From Octopus sinensis (lineage: Eukaryota): a DNA stretch of 64,000 nucleotides. The position numbers and the translations under genes are program-made. This document shows, piece by piece, positions 11,001 through 23,044 of the stretch (positions are counted from its first letter, which is position 1; every line of letters starts with the position of its first letter). The stretch covers positions 11,655,360-11,719,359 of the forward strand of contig NC_043019.1 in NCBI RefSeq assembly GCF_006345805.1, written 5' to 3'. Below the pieces are notes generated by a model that did no database searches, had not been told where the DNA came from, and saw only the letters and a list, made by a program, of their open reading frames with translations.

Positions 11001-14000
11001 ATGTGAGAAGAACGCCGTGGGAACGGCATGAACGCCCAGGGTATGGTATGAAACTGCATCTGGTTGTGGCGTCACGACGTGAGAAGAACGCCGTACGTAC
11101 GGCATGAACGCCCAGGGTATGGTATGAAACTGTATCTGGTTGTGGGATCATGATGTGAGAAGAACGCCGTGGGTACGGCATGAACGCCCAGGGTATGGTA
11201 TGATGCAACTGCATCTGGTTGTGTGGATGATGATGTGAGAAGAACGCCGTGGGTACGGCATGGACGCCCAGGGTATGGTATGAAACTGCATCTGGTTGTG
11301 GGATCACGATGTGAGAAGAACGCCGTGGTACGGCATGAACGCCCAGGGTATGGTATGAAACTGCATCTGCTCCGGTTGTGGCGTCACGACGTGAGAAAAA
11401 CGCCGTGGGTACGGCATGAACGCCCAGGGTATGATATGAAACTGCATCTGGTTGTGCGTCACGACGTGAGAAGAACGCCGTGGGTACGGCATGAACGCCC
11501 AGGGTATGGTATGAAACTGTATCTGGCTGTGGGATCATGATGTGAGAAGAACGCCGTGGGTACGGCATGAACGCCCAAAGTATGATATGAAACTGCATCT
11601 GGTTGTGGCGTCACGACGTGAGAAGAACGCTGTGGGTACGGCATGAACGCCCAGGGTATGGTATGAAACTGCATCTGGTTGTGGGATCACGATGTGAGAA
11701 GAACGCTGTGGGTACGGCATGAACGCCCAGGGTATGGTATGAAACTGCATCTGGTTGTGGCGTCACGACGTGAGAAGAACGCGTGGGGTACGGCATGACA
11801 CCCAGGGTATGGTATGAAACTGAATCTGGTTGTGGCGTCACGACGTGAGAAGAACGCCGTGGGTACGGCATGAACGCCCAGGGTATGGTATGAAACTGCA
11901 TCTGGTTGTGGGATCATGATGTGAGAAGAACGCCGTGGGTACGGCATGAACGCCCAGGGTATGGTATGAAACCGCATCTGGTTGTGGGATCACGATGTGA
12001 GAAGAACGCCGTGGGTATGGCATGAACGCCCAGGGTATGGTATGAAACTGCATCTGGTTGTGGCGTCACGACGTGAGAAGAACGCCGTGGGTACGGCATG
12101 AACGCCCAGGGTATGGTATGAAACTGTATCTGGTTGTGGGATCACGATGTGAGAAGAACGCCGTGGGTACGGCATGAACGTCCAGGGTATGGTATGAAAC
12201 TGCATCTGGTTGTGGGATCACGATGTGAGAAGAACGCCGTGGGTACGGCATGAACGCCCAGGGTATGGTATGAAACTGCATCTGGTTGTGGCGTCACGAC
12301 GTGAGAAGAACGCCGTGGGTACGGCATGAACGCCCAGGGTGTGGTATGAAACTGCATCTGGTTGTGGGATCATGATGTGAGAAGAACGCCGTGGGTACGG
12401 CATGAACGCCCAGGGTATGGTATGAAACTGCATCTGGTTGTGGGATCACGATGTGAGAAGAACGCCGTGGGTACGGCATAAACGCCCAGGGTATGGTATG
12501 AAACTGCATCTGGTTGTAGCGTCACGACGTGAGAAGAACGCCGTGGGTACGGCATGAACGCCCAGGGTATGGTATGAAACTGTATCTGGTTGTGGGATCA
12601 TGATGTGAGAAGAACGCCGTGGGTACGGCATCAACGCCCAGGGATGGTATGAAACTGCATCTGGTTGTGGGATCATGATGTGAGAAGAACGCCGTGGGTA
12701 CGGCATGAACGCCCAGGGTATGGTATGAAACTGCATCTGGTTGGGATCACGATGTGAGAAGAACGCCGTGGGAACGGCATGAACGCCCAGGGTATGGTAT
12801 GAAACGCATCTGGTTGTGGCGTCACGACGTGAGAAGAACGCCGTACGTACGGCATGAACCCCAGGGTATGGTATGAAACTATATCTGGTTGTGGGATCAC
12901 GATGTGAGAAGAACGCCGTGGGTACGGCATGAACGCCCAGGTATGGTATGAACTGCATCTGGTTGTGGATCATGATGTGAGAAGAACGCCGTGGGTACGG
13001 CATGGACGCCCAGGGTATGGTATGAAACTGCATCTGGTTGTGGGATCACGATATGAGAAGAACGCCGTGGTTACGGCATGAACGCCCAGGGTATGGTATG
13101 AAACTGCATCCGGTTGTGGCGTCACGACGTGAGAAAAACGCCGTGGGTACGGCATGAACGCCCAGGGTATGATATGAAACTGCATCTGTTGTGGCGTCAC
13201 GACGTGAGAAGAACCCGTGGGTACGGCATGAACGCCCAAAGTATGGTATGAAACTGCATCTGGTTGTGGGATCATGATGTGAGAAGAACGCCGTGGGTAC
13301 GGCATGAACGCCCAGGTATGGTATGAAACTGCATCTGGTTTTGGGATCACGATGTGAGAAGAACGCCGTGGGTACGGCATGAACGCCAGGGTATGGTATG
13401 AAACTGCATCTGGTTGTGGCGTCACGACGTGAGAAGAACGCGTGGGGTACGGCATGAACGTCCAGGGTATGGTATGAAACTGTATCTGGTTGTGGGATCA
13501 TGATGTGAGAAGAACGCCGTGGGTACGGCATGAACGCCCAGGGTATGGTATGAAACTGCATCTGGTTGTGGATCATGATGTGAGAAGAACGCCGTGGGTA
13601 CGGCATGAACGCCCAGGGTATGGTATGAAACTGCATCCGGTTGTGGCGTCACGACGTGAGAAAAACGCCGTGGGTACGGCATGAACGCCCAGGGTATGGT
13701 ATGAAACTGCATCTGGTTGTGGCGTCACGACGTGAGAAGAACGCCGTGGGTACGGCATGAACGCCCAGGGTATGGTATGAAACTGTATCTGGTTGTGGGA
13801 TCACGATGTGAGAAGAACGCCGTGGTACGGCATGAACGTCCAGGGTATGGTATGAACGCATCTGGTTGTGGGATCACGATGTGAGAAGAACGCCGTGGGT
13901 ACGGCATGAACGCCCAGGGTATGGTATGAAACTGCATCTGGTTGTGGCGTCACGACGTGAGAAGAACGCCGTGGGTACGGCATGAACGCCCAGGGTGTGG

Positions 14001-16697
14001 TATGAAACTGCATCTGGTTGTGGGATCATGATGTGAGAAGAACGCCGTGGGTACGGCATGAACGCCCAGGGTATGGTATGAAACTGCATCTGGTGTGGGA
14101 TCACGATGTGAGAAGAACGCCGTGGGTACGGCATAACGCCCAGGGTATGGTATGAAACTGCATCTGGTTGTGGCGTCACGACGTGAGAAGAACGCCGTGG
14201 GTACGGCATGAACGCCCAGGGTATGGTATGAACTGTATCTGGTTGTGGATCATGATGTGAGAAGAACGCCGTGGGTACGGCATCAACGCCCAGGGATGGT
14301 ATGAAACTGCATCTGGTTGTGGGATCATGATGTGAGAAGAACGCCGTGGGTACGGCATGAACGCCCAGGGTATGGTATGAAACTGCATCTGGTTGTGGGA
14401 TCACGATGTGAGAAGAACGCCGTGGGAACGGCATGAACGCCCAGGGTATGGTATGAAACTGCATCTGGTTGTGGCGTCACGACGTGAGAAGAACGCCGTG
14501 GGTACGGCATGAACGCCCAGGGTATGGTATGAAACTATATCTGGTTGTGGGATCATGATGTGAGAAGAACGCCGTGGGTACGGCATGAACGCCCAGGGTA
14601 TGGTATGAAACTGCATCTGGTTGTGGGATCATGATGTGAGAAGAACGCCGTGGGTACGGCATGAACGCCCAGGGTATGGTATGAAACTGCATCTGGTTGT
14701 GGGATCACGATGTGAGAAGAACGCCGTGGGTACGGCATGAACGCCCAGGGTATGGTATGAAACTGCATCCGGTTGTGGCGTCACGACGTGAGAAAAACGC
14801 CGTGGGTACGGCATGAACGCCCAGGGTATGATATGAAACTGCATCTGGTTGTGGCGTCACGACGTGAGAAGAACGCCGTGGGTACGGCATGAACGCCCAA
14901 AGTATGGTATGAAACTGCATCTGGTTGTGGGATCATGATGTGAGAAGAACGCCGTGGGTACGGCATGAACGCCCAGGGTATGGTATGAAACTGCATCTGG
15001 TTTTGGGATCACGATGTGAGAAGAACGCCGTGGGTACGGCATCAACGCCCAGGGTATGGTATGAAACTGCATCTGGTTGTGGCGTCACGACGTGAGAAGA
15101 ACGCCGTGGGTACGGCATGAACGTCCAGGGTATGGTATGAAACTGTATCTGGTTGTGGGATCATGATGTGAGAAGAACGCCGTGGGTACGGCATGAACGC
15201 CCAGGGTATGGTATGAAACTGCATCTGGTTGTGGGATCATGATGTGAGAAGAACGCCGTGGGTACGGCATGAACGCCCAGGGTATGGTATGAAACTGCAT
15301 CTGGTTGTGGGATCACGATGTGAGAAGAACGCCGTGGGTACGGCATGAACGCCCAGGGTATGGTATGAAACTGCATATGGTTGTGGGATCATGATGTGAG
15401 AAGAACGCCGTGGGTACGGCATGAACGCCCAGGGTATGGTATGAAACTGCATCTGGTTGTGGGATCATGATGTGAGAAGAACGCCGTGGGTACGGCATGA
15501 ACGCCCAGGGTATGGTATGAAACTGCATCTGGTTGTGGGATCATGATGTGAGAAGAACGCCGTGGGTACGGCATAAACGCCCAGGGTATGGTATGAAACT
15601 GCATCTGGTTGTGGGATCACGTTGTGTGAAGAACGCCGTGGGTACGGCATGAACGCCCAGGGTATGGTATGAAACTGCATCTGGTTGTGGCGTCACGACG
15701 TGAGAAGAACGCCGTGGGTACGGCATGAACGCCCAGGGTATGGTATGAAACTGTATCTGATTGTGGGATCATGATGTTAGAAGAACGCCGTGGGTACGGC
15801 ATGAACGCCCAGGGTATGGTATGAAACTGCATCTGGTTGTGGGATCATGATGTGAGAAGAACGCCGTGGGTACGGCATGAACGCCCAGGGTATGGTATGA
15901 AACTGCATCTGGTTGTGGGATCACGATGTGAGAAGAACGCCGTGGGTACGGCATGAACGCCCAGGGTATGGTATGAAACTGTATCTGGTTGTGGGATCAT
16001 GATGTGAGAAGAACGCCGTGGGTACGGCATGAACGCCCAGGGTATGGTATGAAACTGCATCTGGTTGTGGGATCACGATGTGAGAAGAACGCCGTGGGTA
16101 CGGCATGAACGCCCAGGGTATGGTATGAAACTGCATCTGGTTGTGGCGTCACGACGTGAGAAGAACGCTGTGGGTACGGCATGAACGCCCAGGGTATGGT
16201 ATGAAACTGCATCTGGTTGTGGGATCATGATGTGAGAAGAACGCCGTGGGTACGGCATGAACGTCCAGGGTATGGTATGAAACTGCATCTGGTTGTGGGA
16301 TCACGATGTGAGAAGAACGCCGTGGGTACGGCATGAACGCCCAGGGTATGGTATGAAACTGCATCTGGTTGTGGCGTCACGACGTGAGAAGAACGCCGTG
16401 GGTACGGCATGAACGCCCAGGGTATGGTATGAAACTGCCTCTGGTTGTGGGATCATGATGTGAGAAGAACGCCGTGGGAACGGCATGAACGCCCAGGGTA
16501 TGGTATGAAACTGCATCTGGTTGTGGGATCATGATGTGAGAAGAACGCCGTGGGTACGGCATGAACGCCCAAAGTATGGTATGAAACTGCATCTGGTTGT
16601 GGCGTCACGACGTGAGAAGAACGCCGTGGGTACGGCATGAACGCCCAGGGTATGGTATGAAAGTGCATCTGGTGGTGACGTCACGACCTGAGTAGAA
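8048..16697. repeat. 76-bp tandem satellite, roughly 113 monomers
   Basis: Consensus GGTATGGTATGAAACTGCATCTGGTTGTGGGATCACGATGTGAGAAGAACGCCGTGGGTACGGCATGAACGCCCAG; ORF starts recur every 76 bp. Confidence 0.98.
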
Positions 16698-17082
16698 CAG
16701 GGTTACCCTAAACTGCCACTATCTTTAGGTCGCCGTTGGGAAAAGTGTAGTACCTCTAAGCCCACCCCGAGACCTAGAAATACCATGTTGGCGTCCGGCG
16801 GAGTTAAGGCTGTCTCATGGTAGGAGTGGTCCCTTTAGCCTTGGTCTGCAATCCCTCTAGAAAGGTGACTCAATAAAAACACCGATCGTTGTGCTACCTC
16901 AACACCAAAATTCTTAGAATGTCAAATACGAAGATATAAAAAAAAATGTATGGAATGAGACTGGAACTAAAAACAGTGCACCCGAGGGTGTGTGTGGACC
17001 CCCGGAGCCTTGGCTACCAACTCAATGATTGCACAACTTTACAAATTCCATCTCTAAATGAGTAATGTAAAAATTAAATATA

Positions 17083-17456
17083 TAGGTGTAGGAGTAACTG
17101 TGTGGTAAGTAGCTGCTTACCAACCACATGGTTCCGGGTTCAGTCTCACTTTGTGGCACCTTGGGCAAGTTTCTTCTACTATAGCCTCGGGCCGACCAAA
17201 GCCTTGTGAGTGGATTTGGTAGACGGAAACTGAAAGAAGCCCGTCGTTATATGTGTCTGTGTTAGTCCCCCCAACGTGGCTTGACAACCGATGCTGGTGT
17301 GTTTATGTCCCCGTAACTTAGCGGTTCGGCAAAAGAGACCAATAGAATAAGTACTAAGCTTACAAAGAATAAGTCCTGAGGTCGATTTGCTCGACCAAAG
17401 GCGGTGCTCCAGCATGGCCACAGTCACATGACTGAAACAAAAGAGTAAAAGAGAAT
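17083..17456 (+). mobile_element. tRNA-derived SINE, family A
   Basis: Full head-to-tail similarity to 4158-4532. Confidence 0.8.
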
Positions 17457-17710
17457 AGCCACAACTGTGCTAACGGGACTGGAACTGTTAATAGTGAAGG
17501 TGTCGCGCCCGGCAGGTCGTCATCAAGCTATTGAGATGAAAGACTTCGGTGAGATTAACTTTATTAGTTATAACAATATTATTAAAAAATTCTTGCTTCG
17601 CAGCAGTTTTACTCTATGTAAAACAGACATATTGCAAAATATGATTCGTTTCGTTTCATTCAAATGATTATAGTGATATGAATAAATAAACAGGATCCAA
17701 TACGTAATTT

Positions 17711-20700
17711 TCATTTAGCTCTCTCGAGTATCGATTGCAAACGATGGTTTTGATGTCTGGCTTTCTGCAATATATCTCCTATGTTATTGCATTTCGTTAG
17801 CAAGCGATTAGTATCTCGAGAAACATGTTTTGTGGTGCTGTTCAGCTGATACTTTACTTTGTGTATGGTGTATTCGAAATGGTTCCGTTGCCGATTCCAT
17901 TCCAGTTGTACGCCGGGTTCTGTAATGACAATCTTATCGGTCTTCTCGATGTATTTTTTATAAAGAAATTTGATACTGTTCTTCAGCTTTTGCGGTTCTT
18001 GTAGGACGGACATGCAACTGAAAAGATCGGAGCAGAATAGGTTCAACACAGCTGTTTTTTTGTACAGCACCGTGCGTACTTGGTCCAGTTCTTGCGAGGT
18101 GGATGTTAACTTCTCTTTCGTTTCTGCTATCGTGTGGCCCATGGTGACAAACTGGTGGGCAAAGTATGCTAGTTCGGTTTCCATAGCGCTGATCTGCATT
18201 TTCAAGTTATCAATTGCCGTCTCCCTCACTTCGACTTGGCGTTTCAATTCGATGATATTTTTATGTTCCAGTTCACATTTTGACGCCTCGATTTCTTGAT
18301 TCTTCAACTTCAGGTCACAAAAACGTTTCTCTTCATCATTTAGCCCTTGAAATTGGATCTCTGTTTCGTTTAACAGGTGACTTATATCTTTCTCCAGATT
18401 ATTCTTAACAATGTTTAGTCTTTTTACTTCCATTTTGTATTTCTGGCATTCATCTTCACTATCTTTTAGTTCTTTGGGGAAAGCTAAGAGTTTCTTCTTC
18501 AAAACGTCATTTTGGTCTTTCGTATCAGAATTAGAATTTCTCTCGATATATAACTGTTTCTCATATTCGGTTTTTTTCTTGATATATTCTCTTTCGGCAT
18601 CCCTCTCTATCCGCTTCTCTTCCTTATCGTGTTCCCTCTGCTTTATCAAAATTTCTTCCTCGTACTTATCAATTTCTTCCTCTAAATCTTCGAGTTTCTT
18701 TTTGTATTCTTTTTCCAACTGTTCTTCTAGATATTCATGTTCTTCTACCATATCTTGTTCTTGTTGCTCCTGTTCTTCATGTAGTGTCACCATTCTTGCA
18801 CGGAGCTTCTTGTATTTTTCACATTCTTGCAATAACTTCTTATCACCAACACTATTGAGGGATTCTACGTCTGTGGAATGCTGTTCAATAATTTTTGCCA
18901 TTTGTTCGTCAAACATAGCCTTATCTCTGACTTTATCGCTCTCTAGAAATTTATTTTTGCTTACCAAATTTTCTTTTTCTTGAATATGATTTTCGCGTAT
19001 CCCATTTAATTTGACCTTGAAGCTCATGTCTCTGAGATACAATTCGTACAAGTTTTCATTGGAGAGGTTTTCTACACGGGATTTCAGATTTAAAATTTCA
19101 GAATTTTTTGTTTTCAATCCTTGGCTCGGATATAAAACTTCTTCTATCCAAATGGCACTCAGGTCCCGTCTGAAACTTCGACCTTCAGAATCACTAACGT
19201 TCCATATTGCAATCGAAGAATCTGTTGATGTTGAAATTAAATATCGATCATCGAGTGTAAAAATCACGTGCGTAATTTCGAGATTATGACAAGGATAATC
19301 AACATATTTTCCATTTAAAATTATAGGATACTCCATACTTCTTATATGACCATTATTAGTTCCCACAAATAGCACTGTATTGGACCATGACAGAGCAATC
19401 GATGTGTAAAGAACATTTTCCGTTCGCAATGCTCGTAATAATTGAGACTTGTAGATTTCTTTCAAGGAATAATCCGAACCAACGACGTATATTTTTTTCT
19501 CGAAATTCATTGCAAGATCGTTATAAGCGCATGATTTCAAGGCACAATGACTAATTCGCTTCCCGGTTTTTATTTCCCATTCGTAAATTGCTCCACCCAA
19601 GTCGCATGAGATAAGGTTATCATCATCCATACACCAGACGGTAGTTCGAATTTTGCTGTTGTGACCTTTTAGTTTAAATAGCCTTTCGAAATTAATCGCC
19701 GAGAACACTAGTATGAAGTTATTGCTGACCGCCGCGAACATTTGACCACCTCGACTGAAGTTGCAATGCGTACACATGCGGATATCGAATTCCTTAAACT
19801 GTTTGAAGTCGTTCTTACGAATATACATGAAACGTAATTTGTCGCTGAAGCCTGCCAGAAGAAATAGTCCCATTGGGTGCATAGATATGCTGTAGACTTC
19901 TGATGAAAAATTTGCAGAAAATTCTAAGCTACACGTTTTGTAGTTCCATAGTTTTATAGAACCGTCTAGAGAGCTGGTTACAATGAAAGGTTTCCACGTA
20001 CAAACACAACATCCAGTGATAGGTTTAAAATGGAAAGGTTGAACTAAGACATCAAACACAATTACTTTATTCGAATGTTCTGTTCCTGGTGGATTAACTG
20101 GTGTAGAATACAGTTGTTTCATGTTGGTGCTAATAGCGAGAAAGTCCTCCGATGGATTCACCACCATCCATTTTATAATCTGGTCATGCAGGTCACTGTT
20201 GTCCAAAGCATGTGACGGCAGATATACACTCCTGACAAACTTGTAAGTATCCTTGGCCTCAACCCATTCAAAAAAGTGCACAGATTTACCACACGCTGTA
20301 ATAAACCCTTCAGAATAACTGGAAATAGCCGTTACTCCATATGACTTGACGGATTCGTCGGAAATATTCGTATATTGGAATACATTAAAGTCAAGTCTTA
20401 AATCCTTATCTTCGATAAACAACACTCGGCCACTGCCTGTACCCACCAAAAGACGTTGGTTCGCATCCCAGCAATAGCATTTGAAATCTTGAGGTACGAT
20501 CTTCGGAAAATTGAATTGTTTGTTTTCGCATCCTTCGAAGCGGAACAATTTAAGGAACTTGTTGCCAAATATATACACGTTGAAATGTGTTTGAGGGTTG
20601 AAAGTAAGGCAATAAAGAGTCTCCGGTGCCACAGAAACTGTCACTTTGGTCAAGAGAAGTAGTTTCGATCTTTTCCATGACCAGTAAATTAAGGTTCGTG

Positions 20701-21079
20701 ATGGGTCGTCACACATGGCCACAAGATATCGAGATAAATATGAAAAAGCCAAACTAATGATCTTACAAGATTGCAATTCGTGGCAAATTAAAGTTTTTAT
20801 TTTCTGCACAGTTAACAAATCAAAAATGTTCACAGTTGGTTTCTCGGAATTCAAAGCAACGGCCGAATAGTTACGGTCCGGAGATACAGCCATGGCAGTT
20901 ATTTTAGTTCCTTTCTCTGATGCTATGAGAAACCGCATGTTTTTCTGTTCGGTGTTAAAAAGGACACAATAACAACCACACGTATAAAAGATAGTTCGTT
21001 CATCGAGATAAAAAAAAATGCTAGAAATATCCGAGTTGATTCCAATCAAATATTTTAAAGTCGCTTTAGACAAAGCCAT
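17711..21079 (-). CDS. CFAP57: Intronless CFAP57/WDR65-like protein, copy 2 (1122 aa; WD40 repeats plus coiled coil)
   Basis: Uninterrupted ORF. FYLDERTIFY, ITGCCVCTWKPFIVTSSLDGSIKLWNY, GFSDKLRFM, FSRGGQMFAAV, LKGHNSKIR, CALKSCAYN and VGSDYSLKEI match CFAP57 family motifs in order; Glu/Lys-rich coiled-coil C-terminal half. Confidence 0.92.
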   Translation of the reverse strand: MALSKATLKYLIGINSDISSIFFYLDERTIFYTCGCYCVLFNTEQKNMRFLIASEKGTKITAMAVSPDRNYSAVALNSEKPTVNIFDLLTVQKIKTLICHELQSCKIISLAFSYLSRYLVAMCDDPSRTLIYWSWKRSKLLLLTKVTVSVAPETLYCLTFNPQTHFNVYIFGNKFLKLFRFEGCENKQFNFPKIVPQDFKCYCWDANQRLLVGTGSGRVLFIEDKDLRLDFNVFQYTNISDESVKSYGVTAISSYSEGFITACGKSVHFFEWVEAKDTYKFVRSVYLPSHALDNSDLHDQIIKWMVVNPSEDFLAISTNMKQLYSTPVNPPGTEHSNKVIVFDVLVQPFHFKPITGCCVCTWKPFIVTSSLDGSIKLWNYKTCSLEFSANFSSEVYSISMHPMGLFLLAGFSDKLRFMYIRKNDFKQFKEFDIRMCTHCNFSRGGQMFAAVSNNFILVFSAINFERLFKLKGHNSKIRTTVWCMDDDNLISCDLGGAIYEWEIKTGKRISHCALKSCAYNDLAMNFEKKIYVVGSDYSLKEIYKSQLLRALRTENVLYTSIALSWSNTVLFVGTNNGHIRSMEYPIILNGKYVDYPCHNLEITHVIFTLDDRYLISTSTDSSIAIWNVSDSEGRSFRRDLSAIWIEEVLYPSQGLKTKNSEILNLKSRVENLSNENLYELYLRDMSFKVKLNGIRENHIQEKENLVSKNKFLESDKVRDKAMFDEQMAKIIEQHSTDVESLNSVGDKKLLQECEKYKKLRARMVTLHEEQEQQEQDMVEEHEYLEEQLEKEYKKKLEDLEEEIDKYEEEILIKQREHDKEEKRIERDAEREYIKKKTEYEKQLYIERNSNSDTKDQNDVLKKKLLAFPKELKDSEDECQKYKMEVKRLNIVKNNLEKDISHLLNETEIQFQGLNDEEKRFCDLKLKNQEIEASKCELEHKNIIELKRQVEVRETAIDNLKMQISAMETELAYFAHQFVTMGHTIAETKEKLTSTSQELDQVRTVLYKKTAVLNLFCSDLFSCMSVLQEPQKLKNSIKFLYKKYIEKTDKIVITEPGVQLEWNRQRNHFEYTIHKVKYQLNSTTKHVSRDTNRLLTKCNNIGDILQKARHQNHRLQSILERAK

Positions 21080-21170
21080 TTGAAATCGTTCCCCAAACTT
21101 ACCCGATTACTGTTCTGAGGAATATGTTCTGTGGATGATCTTCGCAAAACGAGGCTTTAAATAAAGTTAG

Positions 21171-21188
21171 TCACGTGATCCAAATGAC
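21171..21188. promoter_or_regulatory. E-box-containing motif TCACGTGATCCAAATGAC upstream of CFAP57 copy 2
   Basis: Conserved with 2446-2463. Confidence 0.55.
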
Positions 21189-21365
21189 AAACCCCTTTTT
21201 GCATTTTTACTGTTAGTCTTTTAATTATTTCGTCATTATTACACACACCATACGCAATATTCATACACATTCATACATACACGCGCGCACAGACACAGAC
21301 ACACATTGATGATCTAATTAGATATAACTATTACGTCATTACCGATAGGCTTTTCAAAACTCGTA

Positions 21366-21698
21366 TCTAGCGTCAGATTTTTCTGTGTCTGTTAGGTTGT
21401 ACCCTCACCCTGACCACGGCTTTCAACCGATTCTGATGAAACTTGACACACACATAGCCCAATGTCATAATTCAAAACTAACGCAGCGAAAATTTTGAAA
21501 AGTTCCCCCAGTTCTGAAAAAAATCGATAAATTCGACATGGGGTCGAGAATCAGAAACACAAACCACAGACTGTCTAGGGGACGCAACTCGACCTTTTTA
21601 ACTAAAAAAAATTTACCATCATTTTTTGGCTATAACTCTAAAAATGCTTTATAGTTATTTCCCTTACAAACCCGAGCAACGCCGGGCGATACTGCTAG
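21366..21698 (+). mobile_element. Non-autonomous Helitron-type element
   Basis: A|TC 5' end, hairpin plus CTAG|T 3' end. Confidence 0.75.
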
Positions 21699-22204
21699 TT
21701 CCTTATAAAAAGGATACATAGAGGGGACAAACAAGGACATATAAGGGTCAGACACGCTCTTACAACAGATTGAAAACGAATGAGTTTATGGATATGAATG
21801 CCGAATGATATATAGTTAAAAGTTTAGATGTTAAATTATTACTATTTACGGGGTTCGGGTTAGTGACCTTACCCGCCGGTTGATTTCCTTTTGGTAATCT
21901 TTTCAGGGATCTTTTCGGTTTGAACGGCAGTTTTTTCTAGCGGTGTTGTATGAAATTGTCACCCATAATTATGACCCTGGTATCATTTCAATCTATTTTA
22001 GGGTTAGAGTTAGTTAGGGTTAGGGTTAAGGATGGGGGGAATGGTATCTTTTTTTCTTCAGAAATGTAAATAAACCCAATCTATTTCTTAAACGAGGGAC
22101 ATATTCATACGACACAGAATGTTTTCACCTCAATAGACGTCAGTGATTGGTTGAAATTGCAGAAATTGAAGGAAAAAAACAACAAATATCTTACAAACTA
22201 TAGA

Positions 22205-22657
22205 ATTTTCTCAATAAAGCCATCTTTTTCCAAATACTCTTTGCAGCAGGCTCTTCCTCTCCAGGCAGATCTTGCTGGAGAGATGGGCAGCAAAGTAATT
22301 CACCAGCCCACGCCCGGAGATAAATCGGCCTGTCGCGATCCCCTTCACTCGCGTCTTCCATACCACGTCTTCCAATATGGTTATTACGCAGAGGAATACG
22401 GCCTTCTTTTCTTTGGCGAAAGAGGAAGGTGGTACAATCTTTATCATGGACTCAGTCGAGAGCCATACTCTTTCTGCATCCGACATCAGCTTTTCGGCAA
22501 AGGCCATCAACTCCCTCAATTCCTCACAGTGTATGAAGGCGTGCGTGACCGTTTCACTGGCACGCCCGCACCTCGGACACGTGGGGGAAGTGACATAACC
22601 ATGCCTTGACAACCTTTCCCGAACCGGTACTAGACTATTCCAATAATCATATATCAA
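22205..22657 (-). mobile_element. Tx1/L1-clade LINE 3' fragment (zf-RVT)
   Basis: LPVRERL-like motif (LVPVRERL), CPRCGRASETVTHAFIHC, VWKTR. Confidence 0.8.
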
Positions 22658-23044
22658 GGTTCACTGAAAGCAGGGATTTCTCCAACCTATTTTGATGCGG
22701 AAATCATATAATTTTCCCCCAAATCTGGAAACCGATACCAGCATATTGCACAGACAACGCCCGCTATCTTAATGTTCATAAAACATTAAATGAAACAAAC
22801 ATTGTTTTAGAAAGAGAATTATTGCTTACAAATTTTGGAAATTTTGGCACAAGGCCAACAATTTGGGGGGAGGGAGTAAGTCGATTACATCGACTCCAAT
22901 TTCTTTATTAGCCACAAGGGCCCAAACCTAGAGGGGGGACAATACAGCCTGATTGGCGTCAGACACACAATGATTATATCACTTTTAAAATTTTACAAAA
23001 TATAATGAAATCGAATGAAATCGAATGAGATACAACAAGGACGA

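Noticed and set aside
8048-16697. CRISPR-like array, or a family of 61-71-aa small proteins (MQFHTIPWAFMPYP...)
   Set aside because: No unique spacers, eukaryotic context and no cas genes; the ORFs are phase-shifted translations of the 76-bp unit.
16700-16775. Twister- or HDV-like ribozyme fragments (CTAAACTGCC, AAAAGTGTAG, TAAGCCC)
   Set aside because: Segments are in the wrong order for any twister permutation, and I could not build an HDV double pseudoknot by hand.
17970-20662. Plus-strand ORFs overlapping CFAP57 (also 221-674)
   Set aside because: Antisense shadows of the real coding frame, with no recognisable domains.
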